This document shows positions 11,951-24,719 of a stretch of 62,497 nt of DNA, piece by piece. The stretch is from positions 8,469,378-8,531,874 of the forward strand of contig NC_068997.1 of NCBI RefSeq assembly GCF_001194135.2, read 5' to 3'. A program made the position numbers and the translations under genes. Each line of letters starts with the position of its first letter. Position 1 is the stretch's first letter. The notes under the pieces are model-generated. The model had not been told where the DNA came from. It did no database searches and was given only the letters and a program-made list of their open reading frames with translations. Source of the stretch: Octopus bimaculoides (lineage: Eukaryota).

Positions 11951-12896
11951 TGTGAATAATAAAATTCCATCAAACTTGCAACAACAGATCTGAAAGAATT
12001 CTGTTTAAAACTGCCAAATGTAACTTTTAGAAGTTGGTTCTTGATTTTTTGATATTATGAATAACACTGTGTAACACAATTTTGGTCCTTAGGTGGCAAC
12101 TGTTATTTCCTATTTGCTTACCCCTGTGGAAAAAGGTTAATATTTCCTTCAAACTTAGCTTTTGTTACATTTATTCAAACCTCAAAGAATTCCTCTCAAC
12201 ACATGGCTATGATGCTTTCCCACAACTCCATCTGAGATACACATATTGGCAGCCACTGAGGGACATGCTCAACTGGTTATGGTCAAGCAATGACAAGTAA
12301 ATCTTCGGTATGGAGCAAAATATTTGTTATAACGATATTTCTGCTTCAGCAACTCAGTGTTGAATCTGTCTGAAATGTAATGGAAAATAGATCAGTTTTA
12401 AAAAAATTGATGCCCAGACCACAAAAGCAAAGTTTGAAGGGAATAGCAGTCATTTCCTTTGATTTCTAGATGGAAACAAATAGGAAACAACACTTACTGA
12501 CCAATGACAAAAATATTAAAATTTTGTTACACAGTAATTTGGAGATAATTTTATAAAGATGAACTAGAAGACAGCAGCTTAAGAGAGTTTGAAAAGAGAA
12601 GACATCAAATAGATTTCAATGAGGTTTACTTCAATGAAAAAAGAATAAAAGAGAAGACTCTTAATTCTATATCTTATTAATTGTAACAATTAAGATATAA
12701 GACACATGGAAGTTATCAGGTTGAACGTTACTTTGTTCCACTAAAATTTTGTTGATTGTTACAGCATTCTCGGTGATTTGAGGGAAATATGAAATACATT
12801 CGGGTTCATAGAATAAAACATAAAAACTTATATCTATTGCATATATTTATGTTCATATATCTATATTTATATCCATCCATCCATCCATCCATCTAT

Positions 12897-12929
<33 letters not shown>

Positions 12930-12930
12930 C

Positions 12931-12986
<56 letters not shown>

Positions 12987-13239
12987 CTCTATCTGTTTGT
13001 CTGTCTGTCTATTTGTCTGTCTGCATGTATTTTTGTATGAATATAGATGTATATACATGAAATATTTAATCCATAATCATTAATCCAATGAAATTTATTT
13101 TGTTTTGCCTACGGTTCTTCTGGAACTCTTGTCAGACAAACGATTATAGATTAAATGCTTTTATTCACTCTCAGACTTATCCTTGAGTTCTTTATTCTAA
13201 GTGGTTGATCATAGAACTTCTTTTGAACTTGTGTGTGTA

Positions 13240-13273
<34 letters not shown>

Positions 13274-13329
13274 TGTGTGTGTGTGTATGTACGTGTTTGC
13301 ACACACACACACACACACACACATATCAT

Positions 13330-13950
13330 CTTTGACAAGAGCTGGTGAGCAGAGAGCTGTACCAGGCTCCATTGTGAGCAGAGAGCTGTACCAGGCTCCA
13401 GTGTACTTTGTGTTCTTTATATGGCACCAACATTGGTGCCATATAAAGTAGCTTGCAAGACAATTTACCATCACCAAGTAACTTGCAAGACAAGGATGTC
13501 ATGGCTGGAAGGAGTGATACTGAAGGAGGTGATTTCATGTCTGTTGAGAAGTGAGAGTATATAAGAGGGATAGTGATAGGTGTCTTACTTTAGAGAAGAT
13601 ACTTGGCTACCCCAGTAGGAAAAGAAAAAAGAAGAAAGAGGGATAGAATTAGAGAGAATGATAGAGATAGACAGAGTGTAAAAGAGAGAAAAATAGATAG
13701 TAATGGAAATGCATCAGGACCTACCCACAGGACGCCGCAGGGAATATAAGTGGTACAAAGAGGATAGAGGGGTCTCTTGTCATGTTTTCTGTGAAGCTCA
13801 ACATTCAAAGATCATTTCTTACCACTTCCTCCCACATCTTTCTGGGTCTACCTCTTCCACAGGTTCCTTTCGCATGAGATTGGCACTTCTTTATGCAGCT
13901 GTCCACATCCATACATATCACATGATTATACCAGTGCAGTCTCCTTTGCT
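13330..13950 (-). mobile_element. Older RTE LINE 3' portion (ORF2 C-terminus plus degenerate UTR)
   Basis: The minus strand translates to RRLHWYNHVICMDVDSCIKKCQSHAKGTCGRGRPRKMWEEVVRNDL*, matching the RTE motif RL.W.GHV...GRGRP.K.W...V..DL. The UTR resembles 37840-38150 and 55325-55600. Confidence 0.8.
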
Positions 13951-13999
13951 GAACTGCTAGGTTACAGGGACTTAAACACACCAACACCGGTGTGACTGA

Positions 14000-14482
14000 C
14001 CATGGGATTGCACCTAGAAAGTTACCCTCCGAGGCACAAGTCCAGGCAAGGTTGTTTATGAAAGACCAACAGTCGCCCATGCATACCAGCCTCCCCTCTC
14101 CACACCACCAATGTTATCCAAGGGGAAAGGCAAAGGCCGATACAGCTTGGCACCTGTGGCATCGCAACTCATTTCTACAGCTGAGTGAACTGGAGCAACA
14201 TGAAATAAAGTTTCTTGCTCAAGAACACAACACGCAGCCCAGTCCGGGATTCAAACTCACAACCTCACAGTCATAAGCTCTACGCTCTAACCACTGAGCC
14301 ATNNNNNNNNNNCAGCTTGGCACCTGTGGCATCGCAACTCATTTCTACAGCTGAGTGAACTGGAGCAACATGAAATAAAGTTTCTTGCTCAAGAACACAA
14401 CACGCAGCCCAGTCCGGGATTCAAACTCACAACCTCACAGTCATAAGCTCTACGCTCTAACCACTGAGCCATGTGCCTTCAC
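14000..14482 (-). mobile_element. SINE family E variant (tRNA-like head plus Meta-domain-like core); 160 bp of it is duplicated across a 10-N gap
   Basis: The reverse complement reads GTGAAGGCACATGGCTCAGTGGTTAGAGCG...GAGTTTGAATCCC...TTGAGCAAGAAACTTTATTTCATGTTGCTCCAGTTCACTCAGCTG; the same core occurs at 52790. Confidence 0.8.
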
Positions 14483-14491
14483 ATGGGTTGG

Positions 14492-14519
<28 letters not shown>

Positions 14520-14532
<13 letters not shown>

Positions 14533-14690
14533 GATGGGTTTCAGCACTGTTTCCATCTTTGAAATTCACTCACATGGCATTGGTCGGTCCAGATATATAA
14601 TAAAACACACTTGCTCAAGGTTCTGCACAGTGGGCTTTAGCCCGTCACCACATGGCTGCTAAGCAACCTTCTTAAACACACAGCCATTTA
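14520..14690 (-). mobile_element. SINE family B head, degenerate
   Basis: Similar to 11781-11950. Confidence 0.7.
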
Positions 14691-15469
14691 TTGAATACTC
14701 AGCCACTTACAAAATCACATGGTAGTACAGTTGATCAAACAACTGGAATATTTATCGTTAAACCCAACCAAAGTCCTCTCGCTATATATGCTTAATATAT
14801 CTGCCTCCTTTTATATATAGGTATGTGTGCTTACTGTCAACAATAATATGTAGTTTTGAGAACATTCACCCTCGTGTTTTAAGATTACAGTTGATTACTA
14901 ATTTTACAACATTTGCTTTTACATAGAAAGGAGCTTTTATAATTTCATTATTGCCTCTGGTCTCATTCTCTAAATGCTAGTCTATAGTGTGATGTATGTT
15001 CATTTGTCTATAGACACATTTTCTTTCCAAAGAGAACATAACTATGGTGGTTTCCCATGCAATCTATATTATTTCTTTTCATGAAACATGTCGGAGAAAA
15101 CAACATCACTGATGTTATTTTTTCTCTTCTTTCATAGAATTATATCTGTTTTATTTATTGTTTTATAAATTTTTATTTACATTGTTAGTTTTTGTTGTAT
15201 CATACTTTGTTTATTTTTATATTATTTTACATTCTTTATTCAACTTTATTTTCCCATTTATTTCGGTATATACTCTTGTCATTCGCTTAGTCTATTATTA
15301 TCTCTTATTCTTCTTTCTTCAAAGAAACCAGTGGAGTATTTCTTTTGTTCAATAGGATTTTCAAACATTGTTTTTAGTCTCATGAAAAAATGTTATCACT
15401 CCATTATGTGAAATGATAAGGTTGTTCTGTTTTCACAATCCCTTCAACATCAGGACCATGAGACACTCT

Positions 15470-15471
15470 TT

Positions 15472-15565
<94 letters not shown>

Positions 15566-15578
15566 CTCTCCTCTCTCT
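15470..15578. repeat. (CT)n microsatellite
   Basis: Direct reading. Confidence 0.95.
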
Positions 15579-15711
15579 TAATGTGTAGTTAAGAGGTTAA
15601 TAAACCACACGTTGCTTTTGCAGATCCCCATTAAATTCATTTCCTGGAATCCTGTTCTCTTGGATCACCATTTGGATTACAAGAGATACATTTTTATATG
15701 TACACAGAGGA

Positions 15712-15860
15712 ATGCAGGGGTGACTGTGTGGTTAAGAAGCTTGCTCTTTCAAACTACATGGCCCTGGGTTCAACCCCATGGCACAGCACCTCACCACCAA
15801 AACCTTGTGGCTAGATTTATAAATGGATTTGGTAGATGGGAACTGAAAGAAACCTCTCAT
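15712..15860 (+). mobile_element. SINE family B head
   Basis: GTGACTGTGTGGTTAAGAAGCTTGCT...GGATTTGGTAGATGGGAACTGAAAGAAAC. Confidence 0.8.
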
Positions 15861-16439
15861 GTGTGTGTGTGTGTGAATATATATATATACATATATACAT
15901 ATATATATGTATAAGAATATTTTAACAAAAGGATAGAAATTTATGAATACTTTTGAATATATACTGATATTTAAATTTGGGGACTCACAATGCAAACAAC
16001 TGGACCAGACACCATTAGGTATCTCCTCAAAGCCTCTAATAATTCTGTCTCCCAATTCTAGAATGGTACTTCATTTGGCAATTTTGGAAAAAAGCAAAAA
16101 ATATTCAGACCTTGGTGAGATTTGAATTCAGAACACAAGGGGTCACAAAAAATACCACAAGGTATTTTGTTCATTACTCTAATAACTCAGCCAATTCACC
16201 AACTTATAAATGGCTAAGTTTACCCCGGCAGTATTTAAGCCCAGAGAATGTAAAAAGATATCAAATATTGTTTTTAATATAGGAAATACACTCCATTCTA
16301 CTTCCCTTCATCTAATTCTGTCAGGAAAAGATACCAAATCAATCAAAGGAATGTCATTTATAATGGACTAGACTCTTCTCCAGGGGCACAAATTTATCTA
16401 ATATTTGTTATATAACTCCATAAGATCATAAATAAGTAT

Positions 16440-16657
16440 TCTTTTCTATTCTAGGCACAAGACACGAAATTTTGGGGGAGGGGGGCCAGTTTATTACATC
16501 GACCCCAGTATGCAACTGGTACTTAATTTATTGACCGCCGAAAGGATGAAAGACAAAATTAACCTTGACGGAATTTGAACTCAGAACATAAAGACAGACA
16601 AAATACCGCTAAGCATTTTGCCTGGCATGCTAACGTTTCTGCCAGCTTGTCACCTTT
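16440..16657 (-). mobile_element. SINE family C, near full length (tRNA-like head, Deu/Nin-like core)
   Basis: The reverse complement matches the plus-strand copy at 35545-35770 (GAGTTCAAATTC...CTTTCATCCTTTCGG...ATAAATTAAGTACCAG). The domain name is inference from recalled consensus. Confidence 0.85.
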
Positions 16658-16737
16658 TCATGAATAAGTACTGGTTCTTAAAAGATCAGGTTCAAGAGAC
16701 ATTTACACAAAGCGTGACTCAAAAATCACTTTTCATT

Positions 16738-16935
16738 CGAACCCTTTTATTACCATACTTCTGTTGAAGTACAATGCCTTTGTTTCAATTAATTTTGGAA
16801 AATGAAGAATTTAGTAAAATAACTCTGTCATTATTAAGCTGGTATTTGGAACATAAATTAACATAAATTTTATTGGAAGGCCTTAATTTAAGTCACTTTA
16901 AAACAGGAAATTTGCATCATAGAACTAAGTTGTGG
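16738..16935 (+). mobile_element. Possible piggyBac-type MITE, one end only
   Basis: It begins AACCCTTTTATTACC, similar to TTAA-CCCT piggyBac termini. The right terminus is not visible and there is a single copy in the window. Confidence 0.35.
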
Positions 16936-17329
16936 TCTTATATTTTTTTTATCATCATTTATTTTATTTCTTTCTGTTACAGGTATTTAATGAAAATCTG
17001 TGAAACTTTTTTCATCATTAAGCATTGAGAAACACATGGTTGAACAAAGGATAAAGATTCTTCAATTTTATTTCGAAAACATCATTCCAAAATAACTTTT
17101 GCATTAGTGTATATTTACATTTTACATTTACCAACTGACAGAAGATAAAGAATGAATTTAAAACTCAAAACATACAAAAAAAAAAAACACCCATTAATTT
17201 GACAGAGTTGCTGTCACTTGCATAACCAAGCCATTATATGGTACCTAAATATGATACACATTCTTCATGGATATAGCACAGCTCTGGTGATGACCTATAA
17301 TATGTCATCTAACACCCGAACCAATTAGG

Positions 17330-17546
17330 GTAGCATTTAAACCAGCCATGTCTGGCCTAAATATTCTTCCAGGTTTATACTTAAACTGGCCAGATCCAGC
17401 CTCTTATACCTATCCTACAATATCATTTTAAAAATAACAATCACATCACCAAAATCACAATGCTACAAGAGATAATGCATGATTAATTCAAAGCAAAGTG
17501 AATAAGCGTTATATTTGACAGAGGAATCTGAATGCTAAAGGGTTAA
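17330..17546. mobile_element. piggyBac-type MITE (family G), left TIR degraded
   Basis: The right end is TGAATGCTAAAGGGTTAA and the body is homologous to 59094-59321. Confidence 0.7.
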
Positions 17547-17944
17547 AATACTTTATTATAACATAGTGTATTTAATTCTAAATTATTTTTATTTTGCCCT
17601 TTATTTTGGGATCTTGTGATTTGGTTAAATCCTTCTAATGAAGCAATGTTGTAATTTTCTTTTAAGTAGAGACATGTTTTTAATTACAAAAATAATGAAT
17701 ATTTATTTACCCTCAAGCCCAAAGTTCAATAAACAGAATCAGTCACAAGACCTTTTTCCTGACCAGAGGGATCTATCAACAGGTTACTAGTTTTCTTGGC
17801 TTCAAGGCATAGTTAAAAGGAATGTGACGATCTTTTCCTTTCTTGTGCACATTAAGAGAGTAAATAAAGCATCTTCAACGAGAAATTGAACTCTGAGTCA
17901 TAGACTTTGATACTCATCAACCCTTTTAATTACATTCTTTAAAT

Positions 17945-18190
17945 TACTGTCATCATTGCTGTCACCACCACCATCATTGTTGTTGTTCTTCTCCTCCTCC
18001 TTCCTATCATCATCATCATCATCATCATCATCAACCACCTTATCATCACTATCCTCCTCCTCCTCCTCTTCCTCACCATCATCATCATCATCATCATCCA
18101 TACATTAGTTGTGTGGTGAACAAATTTCCTTTTTCCCCAACACACATTATATTTGGTCATCTCTTCTGTTAATCCCCTGCTAGATCTCAT
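17945..18190 (-). mobile_element. RTE ORF2-end remnant followed by an expanded (GAT/GAG)n tract
   Basis: The minus strand translates to ..GLTEEMTK.., like GLTEAMTT at 224-304, followed by (GAT)n. Confidence 0.5.
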
Positions 18191-18221
18191 TTAAAACAGC
18201 TCTAAATATCTCAATGAGCTC

Positions 18222-18270
18222 ATTTTTCAGGACTTGTGCCTTTAGTAGAAAGAATTATTATTATTATTAT
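18222..18270 (+). mobile_element. SINE family C 3' end with (ATT)n tail
   Basis: CAGGACTTGTGCCTTTAGTAGAAAGAATTATTATTATT matches the family C terminus. Confidence 0.7.
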
Positions 18271-18471
18271 TGCCTTTGCACAGCTTCTAACACTGGAGAT
18301 GTACTACAGTGTCAGCTGTTCACCACCAGTGAACTAAGGTAACTCCCCTTATTTTATCGACCACCTTCCGGAGTATTCGGGTGGTTCCAAGAAGTGCTAT
18401 TTTCTGCAAGTGCTCTACCCTTATTGCATCCCCTGTTTGTTCCACGTACTTCTCGAGATTTTTGCTCACTG
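18271..18471 (-). mobile_element. R4/Dong-clade LINE 3' fragment
   Basis: The minus strand translates to KNLEKYVEQTGDAIRVEHLQKIALLGTTRILRKVV, the QK..LLGT.RILRKV C-terminal motif of R4/Dong ORFs. It ends in (AAT)n and has (TAA)n on both sides. Confidence 0.8.
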
Positions 18472-18485
18472 TATTATTATTATTA

Positions 18486-18523
<38 letters not shown>

Positions 18524-18525
<2 letters not shown>

Positions 18526-18730
18526 GAGTTGGTAGAGGTGTTAACATTCTGAAGAAAATGTTTTGCAGCATTTCTTCTGGTCTTATATTCTGAGTTGAAA
18601 TGGTCAACCTCAACTTCCATCCTTTCAGTGACAATAAAATTAGTACCAGTCATGTCCCGGGGTTGATGTACTCAATCTGTCTGCTCCCCTCATTACTCTC
18701 ACCAGTTTTATGGGACTCAGAAATGGCACT
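18524..18730 (+). mobile_element. SINE family C, degenerate
   Basis: TTCTGAGTTGAAAT...CTTCCATCCTTTCAG...TAAAATTAGTACCAG. Confidence 0.7.
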
Positions 18731-19269
18731 GGTGTTTATTCTGTCCTTCTGGCTTCATCATACACAAAACTTTTACATATTTTTTCCAATTTATTGCCTC
18801 CTCATCTCTGGCAGAATGAAAATTAAAATTGAACATGTCAAGATTTGAACCGAAAAATATAGAGATGTGAAATTAAATATGAGAAGTCACTTAATCCTGT
18901 GATGCTACAAGTTCTTCTATTCCTCTGCCTTATATTTCCAGCAAAATAATAGTAATAAAAAGTACCAAAAAAAAAAAAAAGAAAAAACAAATGGAAAAAT
19001 GGAAAATATTTTTATAGATAAAAGGTGAATCAAAATATCTTTGTATCCATTATTTCTTGATGTCTGCCATTTCAAAATAAAAATGGAAAGAAATATTTGC
19101 TAACTTCTCTGGGACAATTGAAAATAAAGGGTGACACATTTATAGCTATATTTAATAGCATCTTGTGTGAATATTCTTTGAATCTATGACTTTTATATGA
19201 CTTTCTTTTGTGAAGAGTTTATTAGATATCTACACTTGCATCTTCCTAACTCACCTCAAAGGCATCGCG

Positions 19270-19770
19270 GTTTCAATGGTTATAGTGATGCTGGTGCAGA
19301 CAATCATCAAGTCATTAATACATTCCACATTTCCTTTCAATACAAATCTCTCCTAAAATAGATTTTTCCAGGCATTGTCCTAAACATCAATAAGAGAATG
19401 GGATGATTGTTGTCTCAAACTAAATGCCAACAAAATCCAAAATAATAGATTTCTTTCAAATGAAAAATATGATGAAATTTATCATGGAAAGAAAGTATCA
19501 TTGGTCTTGATGGCACCGACATTCCTATTTCTCACAATGCCAAAATCCTAGCATTATATTAGATAAATATATGACCTTTAACCAACATAGCATTCACTTG
19601 ATCAATCATATCATTCTTATGTTGCTTCATAAAACGTTAATATAATGGAGTCCTGTAACCCATTGAGTGATGGAGACACTGCTGAAGACTTGGTCTTTGT
19701 GTAGCAGTCTATCTTATGACAAGTTAGACTGCCACAGCCCATTCATCTCGGAAGTACGGTAGACAGTAGG
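19270..19770 (+). mobile_element. Highly decayed L2/CR1-like LINE reverse transcriptase C-terminal region
   Basis: Frameshifted pieces appear in the correct order: GADNHQV (YADD.Q-like), EWDDCCLKLNANKIQ (W...N.LKLN..KT), IGLDGTDIPISHNAK, IILDKYMTFNQH (G..LD..L.F..H) and KLDCHS (SRLDYCNS). Confidence 0.65.
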
Positions 19771-20419
19771 ATCTGAGGAAACTAGTAATGATCTATATTG
19801 CCAGTTACCAGAGTGGAACAAATTAATTTCTCCATGAGGAAGAGGAAAAAGGAATCTAATATTTTATGCAAAATCTTTTGTAGAATTCATAAGATTTAAA
19901 CATGGTACCACAAGGCAAAGAAGAGTTTGTCAATTATACAGGACTGGAATATGCAAGTCTCATAATTCTTTTGTGGATTTTAGAATGAAGCATCACTTTG
20001 AAGAAGTCACTGTCTTCATGTAAAACTGATTCTCAACCATTTTTTCCCTACAGACCCCTTTGAATTTGATTTACTCTATTGGACCCCCGTTGCTATTTGA
20101 GTTTTAAAAAATTCTATTATCTTTTATAATGAAATATCATTAGGAATTGTATAACAAAAATTGTTTAAATATTTTGTGTTTCATAGAAATATAATCAATT
20201 TATTGCACATAAACAGTAAAATCTTATAAGAGCTCGTCTTAATCCAAGTGAGACATTCAGAATTACATTTTTGTTTAACACTACAAACTGAAGAAACACC
20301 CATCAATTTACAGAGCTCCCACTGCTTAAAGTAGTGAGCTGTGTGCTAAGAGCAATGAGCAATCTGAGTGACAATCTTGTTGGTCAATGCCATGATATGG
20401 TGCCAGAGATGGTTGTTTT

Positions 20420-20530
20420 TTGTTGTTGCTGTTACTTTGCCCCAGTTGAACCTGATCAAGGAGATCCATGATCAATGATATTCCAGTCATGACCATCCAA
20501 GCTTTCTAAGGGAAATTTAGAAGTATATTG
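20420..20530 (-). mobile_element. Dispersed repeat family F fragment (ends in (CAA)n)
   Basis: Homologous to 41590-41690, 44020-44110 and about 5380-5420 (ATGGCTGGAATxxCTTTGATC...GGGCTAAACAACAAC). Confidence 0.55.
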
Positions 20531-20829
20531 TCACGTGTAACTTGTCTTTATATAAAACCAGCTTAAGCTTTTAAGCTAGCTCCTGTGAAGGGCTCTTCAT
20601 TGGGTTTTGGACCCAACAATGACACTTAACACATTGAATACATATTAAACTTCATTAAACTTGACCAATAGTTTTCAAGCAATAAACGATTCTCATCATG
20701 ACAATGATAGATAATTTGTTGAATTGGAACGTATTGCAAAGCTGCATGATAAACAGCATTTGTCTTCCCATTCAGGGGTCAGTACATTTTTTTTTTCTCT
20801 CTAATCATTTTCTTTCTCTCTCTCTTTCT

Positions 20830-22143
20830 GTTGATTGTTTTCAACCATCACCATCACCACCACAACTGCCATACACGCACATCATTCAAACTTCTGACAC
20901 CACCACCATCATTACCTTTGACTTTGCCACCTTCCCCTCTACCACCATCACCACTGTCTTTCACGTTGCTTACTCTCACCATCATCCCTGACTGTCTTGG
21001 CTACCACCACCACCACCACCATCACCTCCACCTCTATCACAACTACAGCTCATACTTTTACTCTCACCCCATTACCATCACAACTGTCAATCTACTACCG
21101 CCCCCACCGTTTCTATGCCTGGTATTACTCTCACACCACCAAGGGGAGTAGAAGGAGTGTGACTGAATAATGAGAGAGGAGGGTCAAAGTGTGACACACT
21201 GACACACAGAAATTTGTTTTGGCATTTATTATTATAGATGGCTGGGTGTGATTTTTAGGTAGATTTAGCTGCTATTTCTTGTAGATCAAGTGCTAAAATG
21301 TGCAGGTTTCCGTTGGCTTTCTTGGAGGAACTGAAAACAATTCTTGTTCACATCTTTTACGATGAGTGCCCCAGTATGGTCATATCTCACTGGTTGGAAC
21401 CAGTCAAAGAATATAAAACAGAAATCCTATCACCTTAAGATGACAGCTGACATCATCATCATCACCATCACCATCACCATCACCATCACCATCACCACTG
21501 TCATTGTTATTGTTGTCATCGACATCATCCACGTTATCATCATCATCATCATCATCATGAAGATCATCAAAATAATAAATCCTCATTCACATCATCAGCA
21601 TCATTATCATCGTTATAACCATCATCATAATCATCACCACCGTAATCATCATCGTCCTCTTCATTGCCGTCATCATCATCATCATCATCATCATAAACAA
21701 CATCATCATCATTATAAATATCATCTCCATCATCAAAATAATAAATCATCATCGTCCATACACTCCTCTTCTGCCTCCTCCTCCTCCTCCTCCTCCTCAT
21801 CATCATCATCATTATCATCATCATTATAAACATCATCATCATTATAAATATCATCTCCATCATCAAAATAATAAATCATCATCGTCCATACACTCCTCTT
21901 CTGCCTCCTCCTCCTCCTCCTCCTCCTCATCATCANNNNNNNNNNNNNNNNNNNNNNNNNNNNNNNNNNNNNNNNNNNNNNNNNNNNNNNNNNNNNNNNN
22001 NNNNNNNNNNNNNNNNNNNNNNNNNNNNNNNNNNNNNNNNNNNNNNNNNNNNNNACCACCACTGTTATTGTCATCACTGTCATCAACATCATCCACATTA
22101 TCATCATCATCATCATCATCATAAGCATCATCATCATCATTAT

Positions 22144-22174
<31 letters not shown>

Positions 22175-22190
22175 AGCAGTAGTGGCAGTA
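20830..22190. repeat. CAC/CAT trinucleotide low-complexity region with a local 130-bp duplication near a gap
   Basis: Direct reading. Sequence starting at about 21714 is repeated starting at about 21844. Confidence 0.85.
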
Positions 22191-22359
22191 CCACTTAATA
22201 TCAGGCTTTTCCATGCTGGTATGAGTTGGGTGAGCTGTAGTGGTAGTAGTGGTTGTAGCGGTGTTGGTAGGTGGTGGTCGTGGGTGGAGAGAATCCTTTC
22301 TTATTTCTAGTGACTTCTTAAATTTTATTGGCTGGTGTACTTGGCGTTGACAAATGAAT

Positions 22360-22790
22360 TTTGTGTGTGAATATGTATGAGTGTGTGTGTGTGTGTGTGT
22401 CTGTCTGTCTGTGCCACATCATATGTATATCTGTGAATGTATGCAGGTGTGTATGTGTATGTGCATGTATGTGTCACCACTTATGTGTGTGTGTGCATGC
22501 ATGTGTGTGTCTATGTGTGTATCACTCCATGTGTGTATGTGTGAATGCATACATGTGTGTATGTCAGTATGTGTGTGTATGTATATGTGCATGTGTGTGT
22601 GTGCATGGGTGCCACATTGTTTGTATATCTCTGAATGCACACAAGTGAGTGTGCATGGATGTATGTGTGTGTGTGTGTGTATGTACATGTGTGTGCGTAT
22701 GTGTGTGTGTCACTTCATATGTGTATGCGTGAGTGCATACATGTGTGTATGTCAGTATGTGAGTGTGCATACATTGTGTGTGTGTGTGGG
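22360..22790. repeat. Degenerate (TG)n tract
   Basis: Direct reading. Confidence 0.9.
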
Positions 22791-24719
22791 AAGATCATAC
22801 ATCCAATAAACCATTAATGCCAGTCGGTACATTTGTGTAATTTTTGTGTACTTTCTGCATGGCTGCTTCAAAGAAATGTTGTGTATATGATATTATATTT
22901 ACTTCATGCATGAGTTGTTACACTTATAACAAACCTATCTATCTGTCCAGCTATTTTAATGTATAAAATTCTCTTATGTCTCTCTATACTTATCAAATAT
23001 TCTCTTTTCTACCCNNNNNNNNNNNNNNNNNNNNNNNNNNNNNNNNNNNNNNNNNNNNNNNNNNNNNNNNNNNNNNNNNNNNNNNNNNNNNNNNNNNNNN
23101 NNNNNNNNNNNNNNNNNNNNNNNNNNNNNNNNNNNNNNNNNNNNNNNNNNNNNNNNNNNNNNNNNNNNNNNNNNNNNNNNNNNNNNNNNNNNNNNNNNNN
23201 NNNNNNNNNNNNNNNNNNNNNNNNNNNNNNNNNNNNNNNNNNNNNNNNNNNNNNNNNNNNNNNNNNNNNNNNNNNNNNNNNNNNNNNNNNNNNNNNNNNN
23301 NNNNNNNNNNNNNNNNNNNNNNNNNNNNNNNNNNNNNNNNNNNNNNNNNNNNNNNNNNNNNNNNNNNNNNNNNNNNNNNNNNNNNNNNNNNNNNNNNNNN
23401 NNNNNNNNNNNNNNNNNNNNNNNNNNNNNNNNNNNNNNNNNNNNNNNNNNNNNNNNNNNNNNNNNNNNNNNNNNNNNNNNNNNNNNNNNNNNNNNNNNNN
23501 NNNNNNNNNNNNNNNNNNNNNNNNNNNNNNNNNNNNNNNNNNNNNNNNNNNNNNNNNNNNNNNNNNNNNNNNNNNNNNNNNNNNNNNNNNNNNNNNNNNN
23601 NNNNNNNNNNNNNNNNNNNNNNNNNNNNNNNNNNNNNNNNNNNNNNNNNNNNNNNNNNNNNNNNNNNNNNNNNNNNNNNNNNNNNNNNNNNNNNNNNNNN
23701 NNNNNNNNNNNNNNNNNNNNNNNNNNNNNNNNNNNNNNNNNNNNNNNNNNNNNNNNNNNNNNNNNNNNNNNNNNNNNNNNNNNNNNNNNNNNNNNNNNNN
23801 NNNNNNNNNNNNNNNNNNNNNNNNNGGTTTATCAAATTTTGATTACACCTTGAGAGAATGTTTCTTTGTATAGTATTATTGAATGTGTAGGGGTGGAGAG
23901 AGATATATATAGGATAGTAAGAGAGGGTGCAGAATGGAAGGAAAAGTGGGAGAGAGAGAGAGAGAGTGTGTGTGTGTGTGTGTGTGCGTGCATGTGCCTG
24001 TTTATCTGAAAGGAGTGTCAATGGGAAAGAGAAGGAAAGAAGAAAGAAGAAAATTGTGTTACAGCTGGTCAGTTCTTTCAATGACAAGTTTATTCTTGGC
24101 CTTTAAAAAAAAAAAATGGCAAAACCAGGTGGCATTGTTTGGAACACTAGCACACACACACACCCCACACCAAATCCTGATGACAAAATAAGATCCACAT
24201 AAACTAATATGAAACTAATCTAATAGATAGATAAATGAATGGAATTAAGTAATTAAATACATAAGCAAAACATAATAAATTAATACAAAAAAGCGTAAGT
24301 GGACAAAAACAAATAAATAAAATTAAATAAAATGAACAGGGGATACTGATAATGCAGATACCATACACATTCCCGCACACACACACTTACCAAACATAGA
24401 CACACACAGGGACATACGCATGCACAAATAAAGCCACAACAAGAACACAAAATGGCAAATTGTTTGGAAGGAGAGACACAAAAAGGAAAGAAGAAAGCAA
24501 AGGACCACTGATGAGGTCACAGAAGTGTGACAAAAGAACTCTGGCTGAAATACAATTAATATAAAATAAAGCTGAAGCAAGTGAACACTGAATAAATAGT
24601 GCGTGTGTTTTCATTGGCTAAATTGGCAACATGACCATCCCTAAATACAACAATATCTGTTTCAACACATGAGTTCACATCAAGAATTTTGTAAAATGAA
24701 TACATAAACATAAACGTAT

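Noticed and set aside
14143-14472. Exact 160-bp direct repeat either side of a 10-N gap.
   Set aside because: Identical sequence flanking a minimal gap is the typical signature of an unmerged contig overlap.
21714-21935. 130-bp tandem duplication within (CAT)n, and a similar one at about 32400-32700.
   Set aside because: Both are embedded in simple repeats, the first next to a gap. Slippage or assembly artefact suffices and no function is evident.
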